NCBI RefSeq assembly: GCF_006345805.1
Contig: NW_021831917.1
Coordinates: 1 to 34,794, forward strand
Direction: 5' to 3'
Length of the DNA stretch: 34,794 nt
DNA from: Octopus sinensis
Taxonomy: Eukaryota
Both the position numbers and the translations under genes were made by a program. Under the pieces are notes generated by a model, which was given only the letters and a program-made list of their open reading frames with translations, searched no databases and had not been told where the DNA came from. The stretch's first letter is position 1; each line of letters starts with the position of its first letter. Positions 21,996-33,451 of this stretch are shown here, in pieces.

Positions 21996-22496
21996 GGCAT
22001 GCATGTATGTATGTATGTATGTATGTATGTATGTAGTATTTATGTATGCATGTATGTATGTATTATGTATGTATGTACGTATGTATGTATGTATGCATTA
22101 TGTATGTATGCATGTATGTATGTATGTATGTACGTTGTTGTATGTATGTATGTATCAATGTATGATGTATGTATGTACGTACGTACGTATGTATGTATGT
22201 ATGTATGTATTAGAATGTATGTGGTGTGTGTCATGTACGTATGTATGTATGCATGTATGTAGTATGTATGTATGTATGCATGTCACGTTGTATGCATGTA
22301 TGTATGTATGTATGTATGTATGTATGTATGGTGTATGTATGTATGCATGTACGTATGTATGTATGTATGTAAGTGTGTATGTATGTATGTACGTACGTAC
22401 GTATGTATGTATGTATGTATGTATGTTGTACGTATGTATGTATGCATGTATGTATGTATGTATGTATGTTGCTGCACGTATGTATGCATTGAGGTG

Positions 22497-22528
<32 letters not shown>

Positions 22529-22694
22529 TGTATGTATTGTATGTATGTATGTATGCATGTCCGTATGTATGTATGTGTGTATGTATGTATTTATGTGTGT
22601 ATTTATGTATGTATGTGTGGTATGTATGTATGTATGTACGTATGTATGTATGTATGTATGTTGTATGTACGTATGTATGTATGAATGATGCATG

Positions 22695-22728
<34 letters not shown>

Positions 22729-23220
22729 TGCATGCATGTATGTATGTATGTATGTATGTATGTATGTATGTATGTATGTATGCATGTATGTATGTATGTA
22801 TGTATGTACGTATGTATGTATGTATGCATGTATGTATGTATGCATGTATGTATGTATGTATGTACGTATGTATGTATGTATGTATGTATGCATGTATGTA
22901 TGTATGTATGTACGTACGTACGTATGTATGTATGTATGTATGTATGTAAGAATGTATGTGTGTGTGTATGTATGTACGTACGTACGTACGTATGTATGTA
23001 TGTATGTATGTATGCATGTATGTACGTATGTATGTATGCATGTATGTATGTATGTATGTATGCATGTACGTATGTATGCATGTATGTATGTATGTGTGTA
23101 TGTATGTATGTATGTATGTATGTATGAGTGCATATATCTTTGTATGTATGTATGTATGTATGTATGTATGTATGTATGTATGTGTGTATGTATGTACGTA
23201 TGTATGTATGTATGTATGTG
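20860..23220. repeat. (ATGT)n array of about 2.4 kb with GTAC/GCAT variants
   Basis: Directly visible; reverse-complement sense of the 8826-10058 array. Confidence 0.95.
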
Positions 23221-23399
23221 TGTCTCAATGCTGAAATGTCTTTTTAAACTATTTATCTTGCTCTTCCGTATCAATCAATCCATTTATGATCAATACGGTC
23301 TTACCAACAGATACAGATTCGTTTGCATCGATTATTTTTTTTTAAATTCCTTTCATTTCATAATTTGAAAATAATGACCGTAATAATCAAAATTATCAA

Positions 23400-23444
23400 A
23401 CAAATAATAATAACAATAATAACAACAACAACAACAACAACAAC

Positions 23445-23484
<40 letters not shown>

Positions 23485-23500
23485 TAATAATAATGATAAC
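23400..23500. repeat. (AAC)n/(AAT)n microsatellite
   Basis: Directly visible. Confidence 0.9.
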
Positions 23501-23589
23501 AATTGATATAATAAAAGTGCAACGGATTGCTCATATTTCGTTCGAAATGAATACATTAAAAATCTGACATGATAAAAGTTTTTAGTTTG

Positions 23590-23980
23590 TGGATGGATGG
23601 AAGCACTCCGTCGGTTACGACGACGAGGGTTCCGGTTGATCCGAATCAACGGAACAGCCTGCTCGTGAAATTAACGTGTAAGTGGCTGAGCACTCCACAG
23701 ACACGTGTACCCTTAACGTAGTTCTCTCGGGATATTCAGCGTGACACAGAGAGTGACAAGGCCGGCCCTTTGAAATACAGTACAACAGAAACAACAGAAG
23801 TAAGACGTGTGGAAGTTGTGTGACAGCAGTAAAGGGGATCACCACCATCCCCTGCCTGAGCCTCGTGGAGCTTTAGATGTTTTCGCTCAATAAACACTCA
23901 CAACGCCCGGTCTGGGAATCGAAACCGCGATCCTATGACCGCAAGTCCGCTGTCCTAACCACTGGGCCATTGCGCCTCCA
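23590..23980 (-). mobile_element. SINE family C, full length with (CCAT)n tail
   Basis: Reverse complement of 4616-4993 over the whole length. Confidence 0.9.
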
Positions 23981-24280
23981 CGAGACTAGATATTATAGAA
24001 GTTCATAAGAGGCAGGATGTGTGTTTTGTTTGGGTTGTTTTTTTTGTTGTTGTTTTGCGACTGTGGAATACTGGAATCATGAAAAAGGATTTGGAATTCT
24101 TAAATACTGGAATAAAAATGCTGACATCGTCAAAAATCTTGCCAATGGTTATCAGGTCTTTTGGCAACTGAGACGAAGAATTTGAGGGTAAATCTTGGGA
24201 AATCAAAGTTACCCCAGTGTCACTTTGATGGCATGCACTCTCTTAGAACACTCGTTAGAAGCTGTGCAAAGACAATAAAT

Positions 24281-24314
<34 letters not shown>

Positions 24315-24371
24315 GCAACAACAATAACAACAACAATAATAATATTGGTTTCAAATTTTGGTACATGGCCA

Positions 24372-24525
24372 GCAATTTTAGGGAGGAAATAAGTCGTTCA
24401 AATCGACCCCAGTGTTCCACTAATACTTATTTAATCGACCTCGAAATTATTAAAGACAAAGTCGACCTCACAGAACGTAAAAGACGGGCGAAATACCGCT
24501 AAGCGATTTGCCAGGCGTGCTAAAA
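24372..24525 (-). mobile_element. SINE family B fragment, degraded
   Basis: AATCGACCCCAG...AAAGTCGACCTC...GAAATACCGCTAAGC on the plus strand. Confidence 0.7.
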
Positions 24526-24548
24526 TATCAAAGCTTATAATGCGCAGA

Positions 24549-24581
<33 letters not shown>

Positions 24582-24584
<3 letters not shown>

Positions 24585-25754
24585 TTTATAAAATTTTAAC
24601 ATCCATCGTCGTGCAGGAAACATACGCATTTATGGAACAGAACGATTTTTCCCCCACTGAACAAAAAAGGTGCCGACGAGGCTCGTATGGATGCAACGAT
24701 CAATTCCTAATTAATCTCTTGATCCTTGAGAGCTGTTATAACAAACGCAGAAATCTCAGTTCCGTATGGATTGATTATAAAAAGGCTTTTGACAGTATAG
24801 CGCATTCGTGAACCTTGAAATCGTCGGATATCTTCGAAATTTCTCCGGTAATTTCAAATTTCCTGAAGTGTCAGTGTGGAACACGAATCTCCAATTATAC
24901 CACACTAATGGAATTCTGATTTCAAACAATATTAACATCAACTGTGACATTTTCCAAGGTGACTCACTTTCATCTCTTTTTTTTTTCCATAGCCCTAATA
25001 CCCCTTACAAGTGAACTTAGCATAGTAGGGTACGGGTATACAATAGACAATAAGAAAATAAGCCATCAATTTTGTATGGATGACTTAAAACTCTAATGCA
25101 AGGAGAATAATGAGCTTGAAGGTCTGTTACGTATTGTGAAAGCATTCAGTGATGACATCGGGATGGAATTCGGTCTTGATAAAGGTGCCAAGGACACTTT
25201 CCAGAAAAGAAAATTGAAGACCTCAAATTCAGTCGTGCGAGATGTCGACGCAGTTAGAAAAATTTGAGGAAGAACAAACAATTACCTCAGAATAAATGAA
25301 GGCTCTGGCATTCAGCATACAAGCATGAAAAAGAAGAGGGGAAATCGAGCAGTCCTGAATCTGAGCTAAATATACGTAACAAAGTGTTAGCCATAAATTC
25401 CTTAACAGTTGCAGTTGTTATTTATAAATTCCATGTTGAATTGGAATATCAGCGAAATAAAGAAAGGAAAATCCGTAAGCTGCTGACTTGCAATAAGATG
25501 CACCATCCAAAGGCAGGCGCAGACCGTCTTTACCTTCCCAGAGCCCAAGGAGGTGGAGGCTTGATCCAAGATGAAATCTACAAAACCACCACAACTGAAA
25601 TTTCCAGTACATACAGAACGGACGATCAAAACTAATAAACAGGATATTATTGATTGACATGAGCATTCCTTGTAATCATATCTCGGCGAAAGAATTTAAT
25701 AAGCTCAGAAAATATAAAGATTTGCAAATCGAAATCGAAAAGATGTGGCATTTC
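24582..25754 (+). pseudogene. R4/Dong-like non-LTR retrotransposon relic (RT plus RLE, internally deleted)
   Basis: LYKILTSI, EQKRCRRGSYGCNDQFLIN, WIDYKKAFDS (24773), IFQGDSLS (24952), CMDDLKL* (25073), FSDDIGMEFGLDK, MHHPKAGADRLYLPRAQGGGGL, then IDMSIPC..KEFNKLRKYKDLQIEIEKMWH. Confidence 0.85.
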
Positions 25755-25762
25755 ACTCATTC

Positions 25763-26167
25763 GACTCTTTTACTTGTTTCAGTCATTTGACTGTGGCCAT
25801 GCTGGAGCACCGCGTTTAGTCGAGCAAATCGACCCCAGGACTTATTCTTTGTAAGCCTAGTACTTATTCTATCGGTTTTTTTGCCGAACTGCTAAGTTAC
25901 AAGGATGTAAACACACCAGCATCGGTTGTCAAGCAATGCTGTGGGGACAAACACAGACTCACAAACATACACACACACACACACAAAATATATATACATA
26001 TATACGACAGGCTTCTTTCAGTTTCCCTCTACCAAATCCACTCACAAGGCTTTGGTCGGCCCGAGGCTATAGTAGAAGACACTTGCCCAAGGTGCCACGC
26101 AGTGGGACTGAACCCGGGACCATGTGGTTGGTAAGCAAGCTACTTACTACACAGCCACTCCTACGCC
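25763..26167 (-). mobile_element. SINE family A, full length
   Basis: Reverse complement of 1248-1654; truncates the R4-like relic. Confidence 0.9.
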
Positions 26168-26457
26168 TATAAAAGTTCTTCAATGCGATGCTCCAGCATG
26201 GCCGCAATCTAATGACTAAAACAAATAAAAGATAAAAAGATATAGGTAGAAGGAAAGTGCCAGCCCTTTCCGAGCAAAGGAAGGTGGCGGAGCGCTGTTC
26301 ATGATAAAGTCGGTCGATTACGCAGCTGTTCAACATAACTCCATACCTCAGCAATGCTCAGACATTGTAAAAGCGTGTGCAGGACGGTTATTCATAATCA
26401 CTCATACACACGTATGTACGTACGTACGTGCGTGTGTGTGTGTGTTGTGTGTGTGTG

Positions 26458-26500
<43 letters not shown>

Positions 26501-26523
26501 TGTGTGTGTGTGAAGTAGTTAAA

Positions 26524-27037
26524 TCTATATATATAAAACTGTAGTTGTGTGAGTGTCTGTCTCCTACGATTTAGATTCCTAACTCCTGCCACATTTTGCG
26601 GTGCAGTTTAACCAAATTCGGGTATCTTATAGTCGTGATTCATATCGAGCCCGTCTGAGTATTAGCGCGCGTCTACGATGAGTCTACGATTTTAAAAATA
26701 ATTTAACATCATTTTTTATTCCATTTTAATGCATAATTTTTCGTGTGTCGATGGCGGCGGAGTTGGCGTCCATGGTCACAGCTGCACCTGTGTTGCTTCT
26801 CCCCCTTCTTCCCTCCCTCGTGAAGCTGTGGGGAAGGGAGTGTAATGAAATCAACGTCGTAAAGTGTTGTCAAGGAGACCAGCGTTCTTTTAGAACAACG
26901 ACTTCATGGCTTGAAGACACCAAAACAGAAATGGCTAAGAAAGCCCGAATTGGCATCTATAAGGGAAGTAACTCTCTAAAAATGCTTATATAGTTATTTC
27001 CCTTACAAACCCGAGCAACGCCGGGCGATACTGCTAG
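26524..27037 (+). mobile_element. Non-autonomous Helitron, same family as 17582-17981, with about 213 bp of extra internal DNA
   Basis: A|TCTATATATATAAAACT...CCCGAGCAACGCCGGGCGATACTGCTAG|T; 26744-26956 is absent from the other copy. Confidence 0.85.
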
Positions 27038-27119
27038 TTAGATATAAATACTAAAACCACGGTGGATATATACAACGAAATCTCACCTATTAACAAGTGT
27101 ATGTGTTGCGCACGCGAGA

Positions 27120-27270
27120 AGAATGTAAGGGAAGTAACTCCTCAAAAATATACAGAGTTATTTTCCTTACATTACCTGACCTCAAATTTCTTTTCTTTTT
27201 ATTGACTCCGAAGAATTTTGTTTCTTTATATTTATTGAATTATACGGAGAAAAGCGGGTAGAATCGCTAG
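27120..27270 (+). mobile_element. Older Helitron-like 3' remnant
   Basis: TAAGGGAAGTAACTC...GAGTTATTTTTCCTTAC resembles the adjacent Helitron subterminus; ends GCGGGTAGAATCGCTAG|T. Confidence 0.45.
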
Positions 27271-27879
27271 TATTTTTTCTGTCTTTACGTTCTGAGTTCA
27301 AATTTTGCCGAAGTCAACTTTGCCTCTCACAATTTCCAGTTCGATAAAATACCCTACTAAAAATTCCAGTTCTTGTTGAACGGATTTATTGAATTATATA
27401 TTTATTTATTTCCGTTTTTTACTTTATAACTCAATTAAATCGTTTCTTTCCAAGATCATTTTCTTCCTTTCCTCCTACAAATGAATTTCTTACTATTAAA
27501 ATATTTAAAAAGTTTCTTTGAGATTGTTTGTGTCTATGTCCATTTGGTTGGCAATTTCATCGTCTATGTTCAATTTTTCTTTGAATTGTGACTTCACTGG
27601 GACATCGCCTTGAATATTTTAAGTCAATCTCAGTTATTTTTTTATGACTCATGCTTACTCCATCGGATTCTCTTACCGAACCGCTAGAATACGGGAGCAA
27701 CCCAAATTAAAAACAGCAACCAAAGAAGAGTGTTACTGGGACCTTTGCCTTTAATCTTTTTATACTCACATAAACAATAAAACCATCTGTTGTTGTGGCA
27801 AATGAACAGATATCTGGGCAAGAACGTCTTTATAGTGTATTTTTTATGTATAAAGCAAGGCGTCACGCAAGACATACCT

Positions 27880-28265
27880 GATTGATACAATAATCAAACG
27901 AACTACAAAAACATGCGATATTCTGCGTATGCTGTGGAGCCTGTAGTGTCATCTCTGTTAGATGAGAAAGTACCAGGCTGTCTTGCTCGTATCCTTCTGA
28001 TACACAGGAATTGCCAATGTCAAGTCTGGGATGTCGTTGTGGTGGATATATTTCTACAAACATATGTGTTCTCAACCGTTAGTACATCTGGCATGGCAAC
28101 ACGTTTATAACAACACAAAAGAATAACCTACGACAAAAAAAAAAAGGACACGCTTTGAACTTTATCGAACCCAGCTAGCATCCGACGCCATTACACATAT
28201 GACACACAACCACATTCAATGCAACAATTGATGAAATCTGCAAACGACTTCGAAACAATTGACTA
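27880..28265 (+). pseudogene. Probable Penelope-like GIY-YIG C-terminal relic followed by a hammerhead-like motif
   Basis: KHAIFCVCCGAC, TQELPMSS..CGG, YVFS..MATRL..KKKGHALN resemble PLE endonuclease ends (CxxC ... HLxxCG ... F+KK..P.LN); TTGATGA...GAAAC-AATT-GAC follows at 28228-28263. Confidence 0.5.
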
Positions 28266-28799
28266 CATGAGTCTTTGTTTCTATACCAACGACTATCACA
28301 TAAGTTTCCGATAAGGAAACGTGACAAATAGAAAGGTTCCTGTGACCAAGATAACATCTAAAGAAGCAATGGTCGGTGACGTTTATCAAAATATCTTAAC
28401 AAATTGAATAAAGAGAGAAATTAATATACTTTGTTGTATCTGCCATTATAAACTCCATTCCAATCAAGTCCGTTTTACCGGAATATTACATTGATTTCGA
28501 TATTTCTTTCACAGCGATTTTTATTCAAAGGAACTTGGAAGGATGAAAGTTAATGTTAACCTTTGCAGGATTTGAACTTAGAATGTAAAGGAAGGCAACT
28601 GTAAATCAAAGACATTTTGTCCAACGCTATTAATCCCCACAATATATTGTATGCACACACACAGACGCACACACGCACACACACACAACACATATTCACA
28701 TATAGATGTACACAGATATAAACACACACACACATATATATACATATATACATACACACACACACATGTATACATGTATATATATACACAGGTGCAGAC

Positions 28800-28950
28800 A
28801 TGGCTGTGGTAAGAAGCTTGCTTCCCAACCACATGGTTCTGGGTTCAGTCCCACTGTGTGGCACCTTGGGCAAGTGTCTTCTTCTATAGCCTCAGGCCAG
28901 CCAAAGTCTTGTGAGTGGATTTGGTAAATGGAAACTGAAAGAAGCCCACC

Positions 28951-29030
<80 letters not shown>

Positions 29031-29236
29031 ATGTATCCACTTATGTGTCTGTGTGTTTACCCACCACCACCACCACCACCACGTTAGGAAGGGCATCCAG
29101 CTGTAGAAACTCTGCCAGATCAAGATTGGAGCCTGGTGCAGCCATCTGGTTCGCCAGACCTCAGTCAAATCGCCCAACCCCTGCTAGCATGAAAAGTGGA
29201 TGTTAAAACGATGATGATGATGATGATGATGATGAT
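28800..29236 (+). mobile_element. SINE with family A head, microsatellite and a different tail ending in (GAT)n
   Basis: Head 28800-28950 matches family A; tail GTTAGGAAGGGCATCCAGCTGTAGAAAC...GTTAAAACGATGATG at 29082-29236 is unrelated to the family A tail. Confidence 0.8.
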
Positions 29237-29399
29237 AAATTATATATATATATCATCATCATCATCATCGTTTTAACGTCCACTTTAAATATATATATAT
29301 ATATATAATACATATATGCATATGTTTATGCAGAAGAAATTATGGGGGAAGGAGCAGGATATTAGTAAATGTTGTGGAAGGATTCTGTAGGTGCAGCAG

Positions 29400-29509
29400 T
29401 GGCTGTGTGGTAAGTAGCTTGCTTGCAAACCACATGGGTCTGGGTTCTGTCCCACTGCGTGGCACCCTGGGCAAGTGTCTTCTACTATAGCCTTGGGCCG
29501 ACCAAAGCC
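29400..29509 (+). mobile_element. SINE family A head fragment
   Basis: GGCTGTGTGGTAAGTAGC...GGGCCGACCAAAGCCTT. Confidence 0.8.
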
Positions 29510-30010
29510 TTATTACTTTTTCTCTCATCACACCCTATTACACTCTCCTTTCGTGTCTCTCTTGTTACTCCCTCTCACTTCTCCCTCTCATTTCTCCTCC
29601 CCCTCTCTCTCTCTCATTAGACTCTGTCATTGCTTTCAACATCATTAAACCTTGTCCCTTGTCTCTGTTGGCCAACTCTTACAGTGTCGGCCAATGCTCT
29701 CTCTGCTGCATCCCAAAGCTCCCTGTCCGCAATCACTATCTCCTGAATCTTTACTGATCAATAGGCTCAAAGGAAGTATGCCAAAAGATGAGATTGTCAT
29801 TGGAGCCTATCCCACTCAAAGACGTGATTGGTCAGATTTTATTGATCACATGACTGAACTGTGACATCAGGTGATTGCTGAATATTCCTGCTACACCCTC
29901 ATTACACCCTACATTTCCTGTCTTTCTCATTTCTGTCTCTCTCATTACACATCAGTGTTACTCTCTCACTCTCTCTCTCTCTCTCATTACACACTGCCAT
30001 TACTCTCTCT

Positions 30011-30317
30011 ATGGAGGCACATGGCCTAGTGGTTAGAGCAGCGGACTCGCAGTCGAGGGATCGCGGGTTCGAATCTCGGACCGGGCGATGTGTGTGTTTA
30101 TGAGCGAAACACCTAAGCTCCACGCGTCTCCGGCAGAAGATAATGGCGAAACTTCTGCTGACTCTTTCGCCATAACTTTCTCTCACTCTTTCCTCCTGCA
30201 TCTTGTAGCTCACCTGCGACAGACCGGCGTCCCATCCAGGTGGGGAACCTATATGCTAAGGAAACCGGGAAACCGGCCCTTATGAGCCAGGCATGGCTCG
30301 AGAAGGAACAAACAACA
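30011..30317 (+). mobile_element. Chimeric SINE (C-type head and body, D-type tail) with 12-bp TSD
   Basis: TSD ATTACTCTCTCT at 29999-30010 and 30318-30329; B box GGTTCGAATC; tail GCGACAGACCGGCGTCCCATCCAGGTGGGGAAC..GAAACCGGGAAACCGGCCC matches family D. Confidence 0.85.
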
Positions 30318-30419
30318 ATTACTCTCTCTCCCTTATCCCTCTTTCCTCTTTAACATTATCAACCCACCCATACTATTCTCCCTTCTTCCCCTTCATACTT
30401 ACATTTCTTATTTCTTATT

Positions 30420-30645
30420 TCTATATTGCCCACAAAGGGCTAAACACAGAGGGGACAAACAAGGACAGACAAAGGGATTAAGCCAATTACATCAACCCCA
30501 GTGCATAACTAGTACTTAATTTATCGACCCCGAAAGGATGAAAGGCAAAGTCGACCTGGCGGAATTTGAACTCAGAACGTAACAGCAGACGAAATACTGC
30601 TAAGCATTTTGCCCAGCATGCTAACGTTTCTGCCAGCTCACCGCC
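30420..30645 (-). mobile_element. SINE family B monomer
   Basis: Near-identical to 3857-4093. Confidence 0.85.
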
Positions 30646-30734
30646 TTATTCATACTTACATTTCTGTCTCCAATTCACCTTTTTACCAATTTTTGCATTC
30701 TCTCTGGCTTCAGCTAACTCTGCTGGTCACTTTT

Positions 30735-31147
30735 CTCTTTTTTCTCTTTTACTTGTTTCAGTCATTTGACTGTGGCCATGCTGAAGCACCGCCTTTAGTC
30801 GAGCAAATTGACCCCAGGACTTATTCTTTGTAAGCCCAGTACTTATTCTATCGGTCTCTTTTTTGCCGAACTACTAAGTTACGGGGACGTAAACACACCA
30901 GCATCGGTTGTCAAGCAATGCTAGAGGGACAAACACAGACACACAAGCATATACACACATACACACACACATATATATATATACATATATACGACAGGCT
31001 TCTTTCAGTTTCCATCTACCAAATCCACTCACAAGGCATTGGTCAGCCCGAGGCTATAGCAGAAAGCATTTGCCCAAGATGCCACGCAGTGGGACTGAAC
31101 CCGGAACCATGTGGTTGGTAAGCAAGCTACTTACCACACAGCCACTC
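30735..31147 (-). mobile_element. SINE family A, full length with 15-bp TSD
   Basis: TSD CTGCTGGTCACTTTT at 30720-30734 and 31148-31162. Confidence 0.92.
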
Positions 31148-31349
31148 CTGCTGGTCACTTTTTCCAGAATACATAAAAGCAACTTAGTATTTAGAGATCG
31201 TTTCTGCTTTACAGGCTGCAGGGCACCCTCGCAAGTACTAATGCCGTAAGAAAATGCACTCAATACCCTCTGAAAAGTGGTTACCCTGTGAGTGGAGAAA
31301 ACATAAGGTTTGGAAGTGGAAATTTAGCGGCGGAGGTGGTGATCGCGGT

Positions 31350-31523
31350 GGTGGTTTCGGTGGTGGTGGTGGTGGTGGTGGTGGTGGTGGTGGTGGTGGT
31401 GGTGGTGGTGGTGGTGGTGGTGGTGATAGTAATAGTGGCAGCAGTAGTGGCGGCAGCAATGGTGGCAGTAGCAGCAGCAGTAAGGGTGATAATTACACAA
31501 CTGTTCCGCTTCTACCAACTTCG

Positions 31524-31562
<39 letters not shown>

Positions 31563-31821
31563 GACAATGACAACAGCTGCAACTCCATGAATGTAACATT
31601 AACACCAACACCAACATCTCCACTACCACCACCACCACAACCACCACCACAACTACCACTAACAACAACAACAACAACAACAACATACACCATTATTTCC
31701 AAACTGTTTCCAATTATTAATCATGTTCACACGAGAAATATTGATAAATTTCAACATCATCATCACCGCCATCATCATCATCATCATCATAACCATCATC
31801 ATCATCATCATCATCATCACT

Positions 31822-31861
<40 letters not shown>

Positions 31862-31889
31862 ACATCATAATCATCATCATCACCACCAC

Positions 31890-31933
<44 letters not shown>

Positions 31934-31988
31934 CCATCATTATCATCACCATCATCATCATCATCATCATCACCATCATCATCATAAC

Positions 31989-32024
<36 letters not shown>

Positions 32025-32220
32025 AACCATCATCATCATCATCATCATTATTGTCGTCACCACCAATATCATCACCAACACCATCACCACCACCGCCACC
32101 ACTACCACCATCATCACCATCATTAACACCATCATAATCATCACAATCCCCGTCATCACCATCACCACCACCAACACCACCATAATCCTCATCATTAATA
32201 GCACCACCACCACCACCACC

Positions 32221-32254
<34 letters not shown>

Positions 32255-32520
32255 TCATCAACACCACTGCCATCACTACACCGTTCAACACATATTGACA
32301 TACATTGCATGCACACACACACACACACACACCCACACACCCACACGCACACATCACACACACGTCAAATCACACACACACACACACACACCCACACACA
32401 TACACACACGCACACAACCACACACACACACACACACACACATACATCACACACACATCACACACACACATCACACACAACATCACACACACACAACCAC
32501 ACACACACACACACACAGAG
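31350..32520. repeat. Compound microsatellite block: (GGT)n, (CAT)n/(CAC)n, (CA)n
   Basis: Directly visible; source of the poly-G/H/M/D/I ORFs. Confidence 0.95.
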
Positions 32521-32991
32521 TCATTCACACATTCAATTTGTTTTCTTATTCAATGATCGATTCCATTTTGTGATAATTGAATTTGCTGACGAGATATTTT
32601 CTGCAGCAAGTAATTAAGTCCTAATTATGTCATACCAGCCACCCACCCACCCACTCCTACACCCATACATCCATCTACACACTTAAGATACATCATATAT
32701 TTATTACACATCTTACAACTCACCCACCCCCACCACCACCACCTCGTCACTTCCGTCACCGCCATCACTGAGGTGTCCAAGTCTTTACGTCATCAAAGCA
32801 GCTTCTATGTGGTTAAACGATTTGCTAGGAATAGCAGCTAAATCCTCACCTTCCCATCCTGAATCGCACAATCAATAGACGAACACGTTGAGTGGATGAT
32901 GGATGATGCCATCCTGGGTTCCCTGTACATAGATGACGCAGTCATGGTTGGAGTGTCTTTGCTCAAAGCCCATATCAAAGCTTCTAAATCA

Positions 32992-33056
32992 CAGCTTCTC
33001 AACCATTTTTTTTATCTGTGGACCCCTTTGGTTACTATTATATTCAGGTAGACCCC
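32992..33056 (+). mobile_element. hAT/Charlie-like MITE terminal fragment
   Basis: CAGCTTCTCAACCATTTTTTTTATCTGTGGACCCCTTTG; homologous to 141-207 (minus strand). Confidence 0.5.
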
Positions 33057-33185
33057 TATAACCATTCAATGTATATAAACTACAGTTCTATATTTATAAA
33101 CTACAGTTCTATACAGTTCTATATAGATGAGGAATTATGTACATTATTTACATTCGGCGAATATTTGTCCTCATCTTTGTATTAA

Positions 33186-33231
33186 CACAACAGTTCGGCT
33201 GATATAACCCACTACAGCCTTCATCAGGTTC
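33186..33231 (-). ncRNA. Degenerate hammerhead-ribozyme-like motif (PLE type)
   Basis: Minus strand GAAC-CTGATGA-A-GGCTG-TAGTGGGTTATAT-CAGCC-GAACTGTT-GTGTT: perfect 5-bp stem II, intact CUGAUGA, damaged GAAAC. Confidence 0.5.
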
Positions 33232-33451
33232 TTGGGGAAATTTCGAACCTGGGTTCTCATTCCTAATGTATTTTTCTATATTTATATATTTATTATTTTA
33301 GAAGTCACAGGGACGTAAACACACCACCATTGGTTGTCAAGCAACGTTCTATATTTGGGATAAACAAGACACACAAAAAATTACCGTTCTACACACACAC
33401 ACACACATGTATACATATATACAATGAGCTTCTTTCAGATTCTTTATTCTT

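Noticed and set aside
29652-29864. 70-aa ORF in non-repetitive sequence as a host exon
   Set aside because: No recognisable motif in the frames checked and no convincing splice context; cannot be supported without a search.
31254-32126. 290-aa ORF with poly-Gly, poly-Ser and poly-His
   Set aside because: It is almost entirely (GGT)n and (CAT)n microsatellite, open in several frames on both strands, with no recognisable domain.
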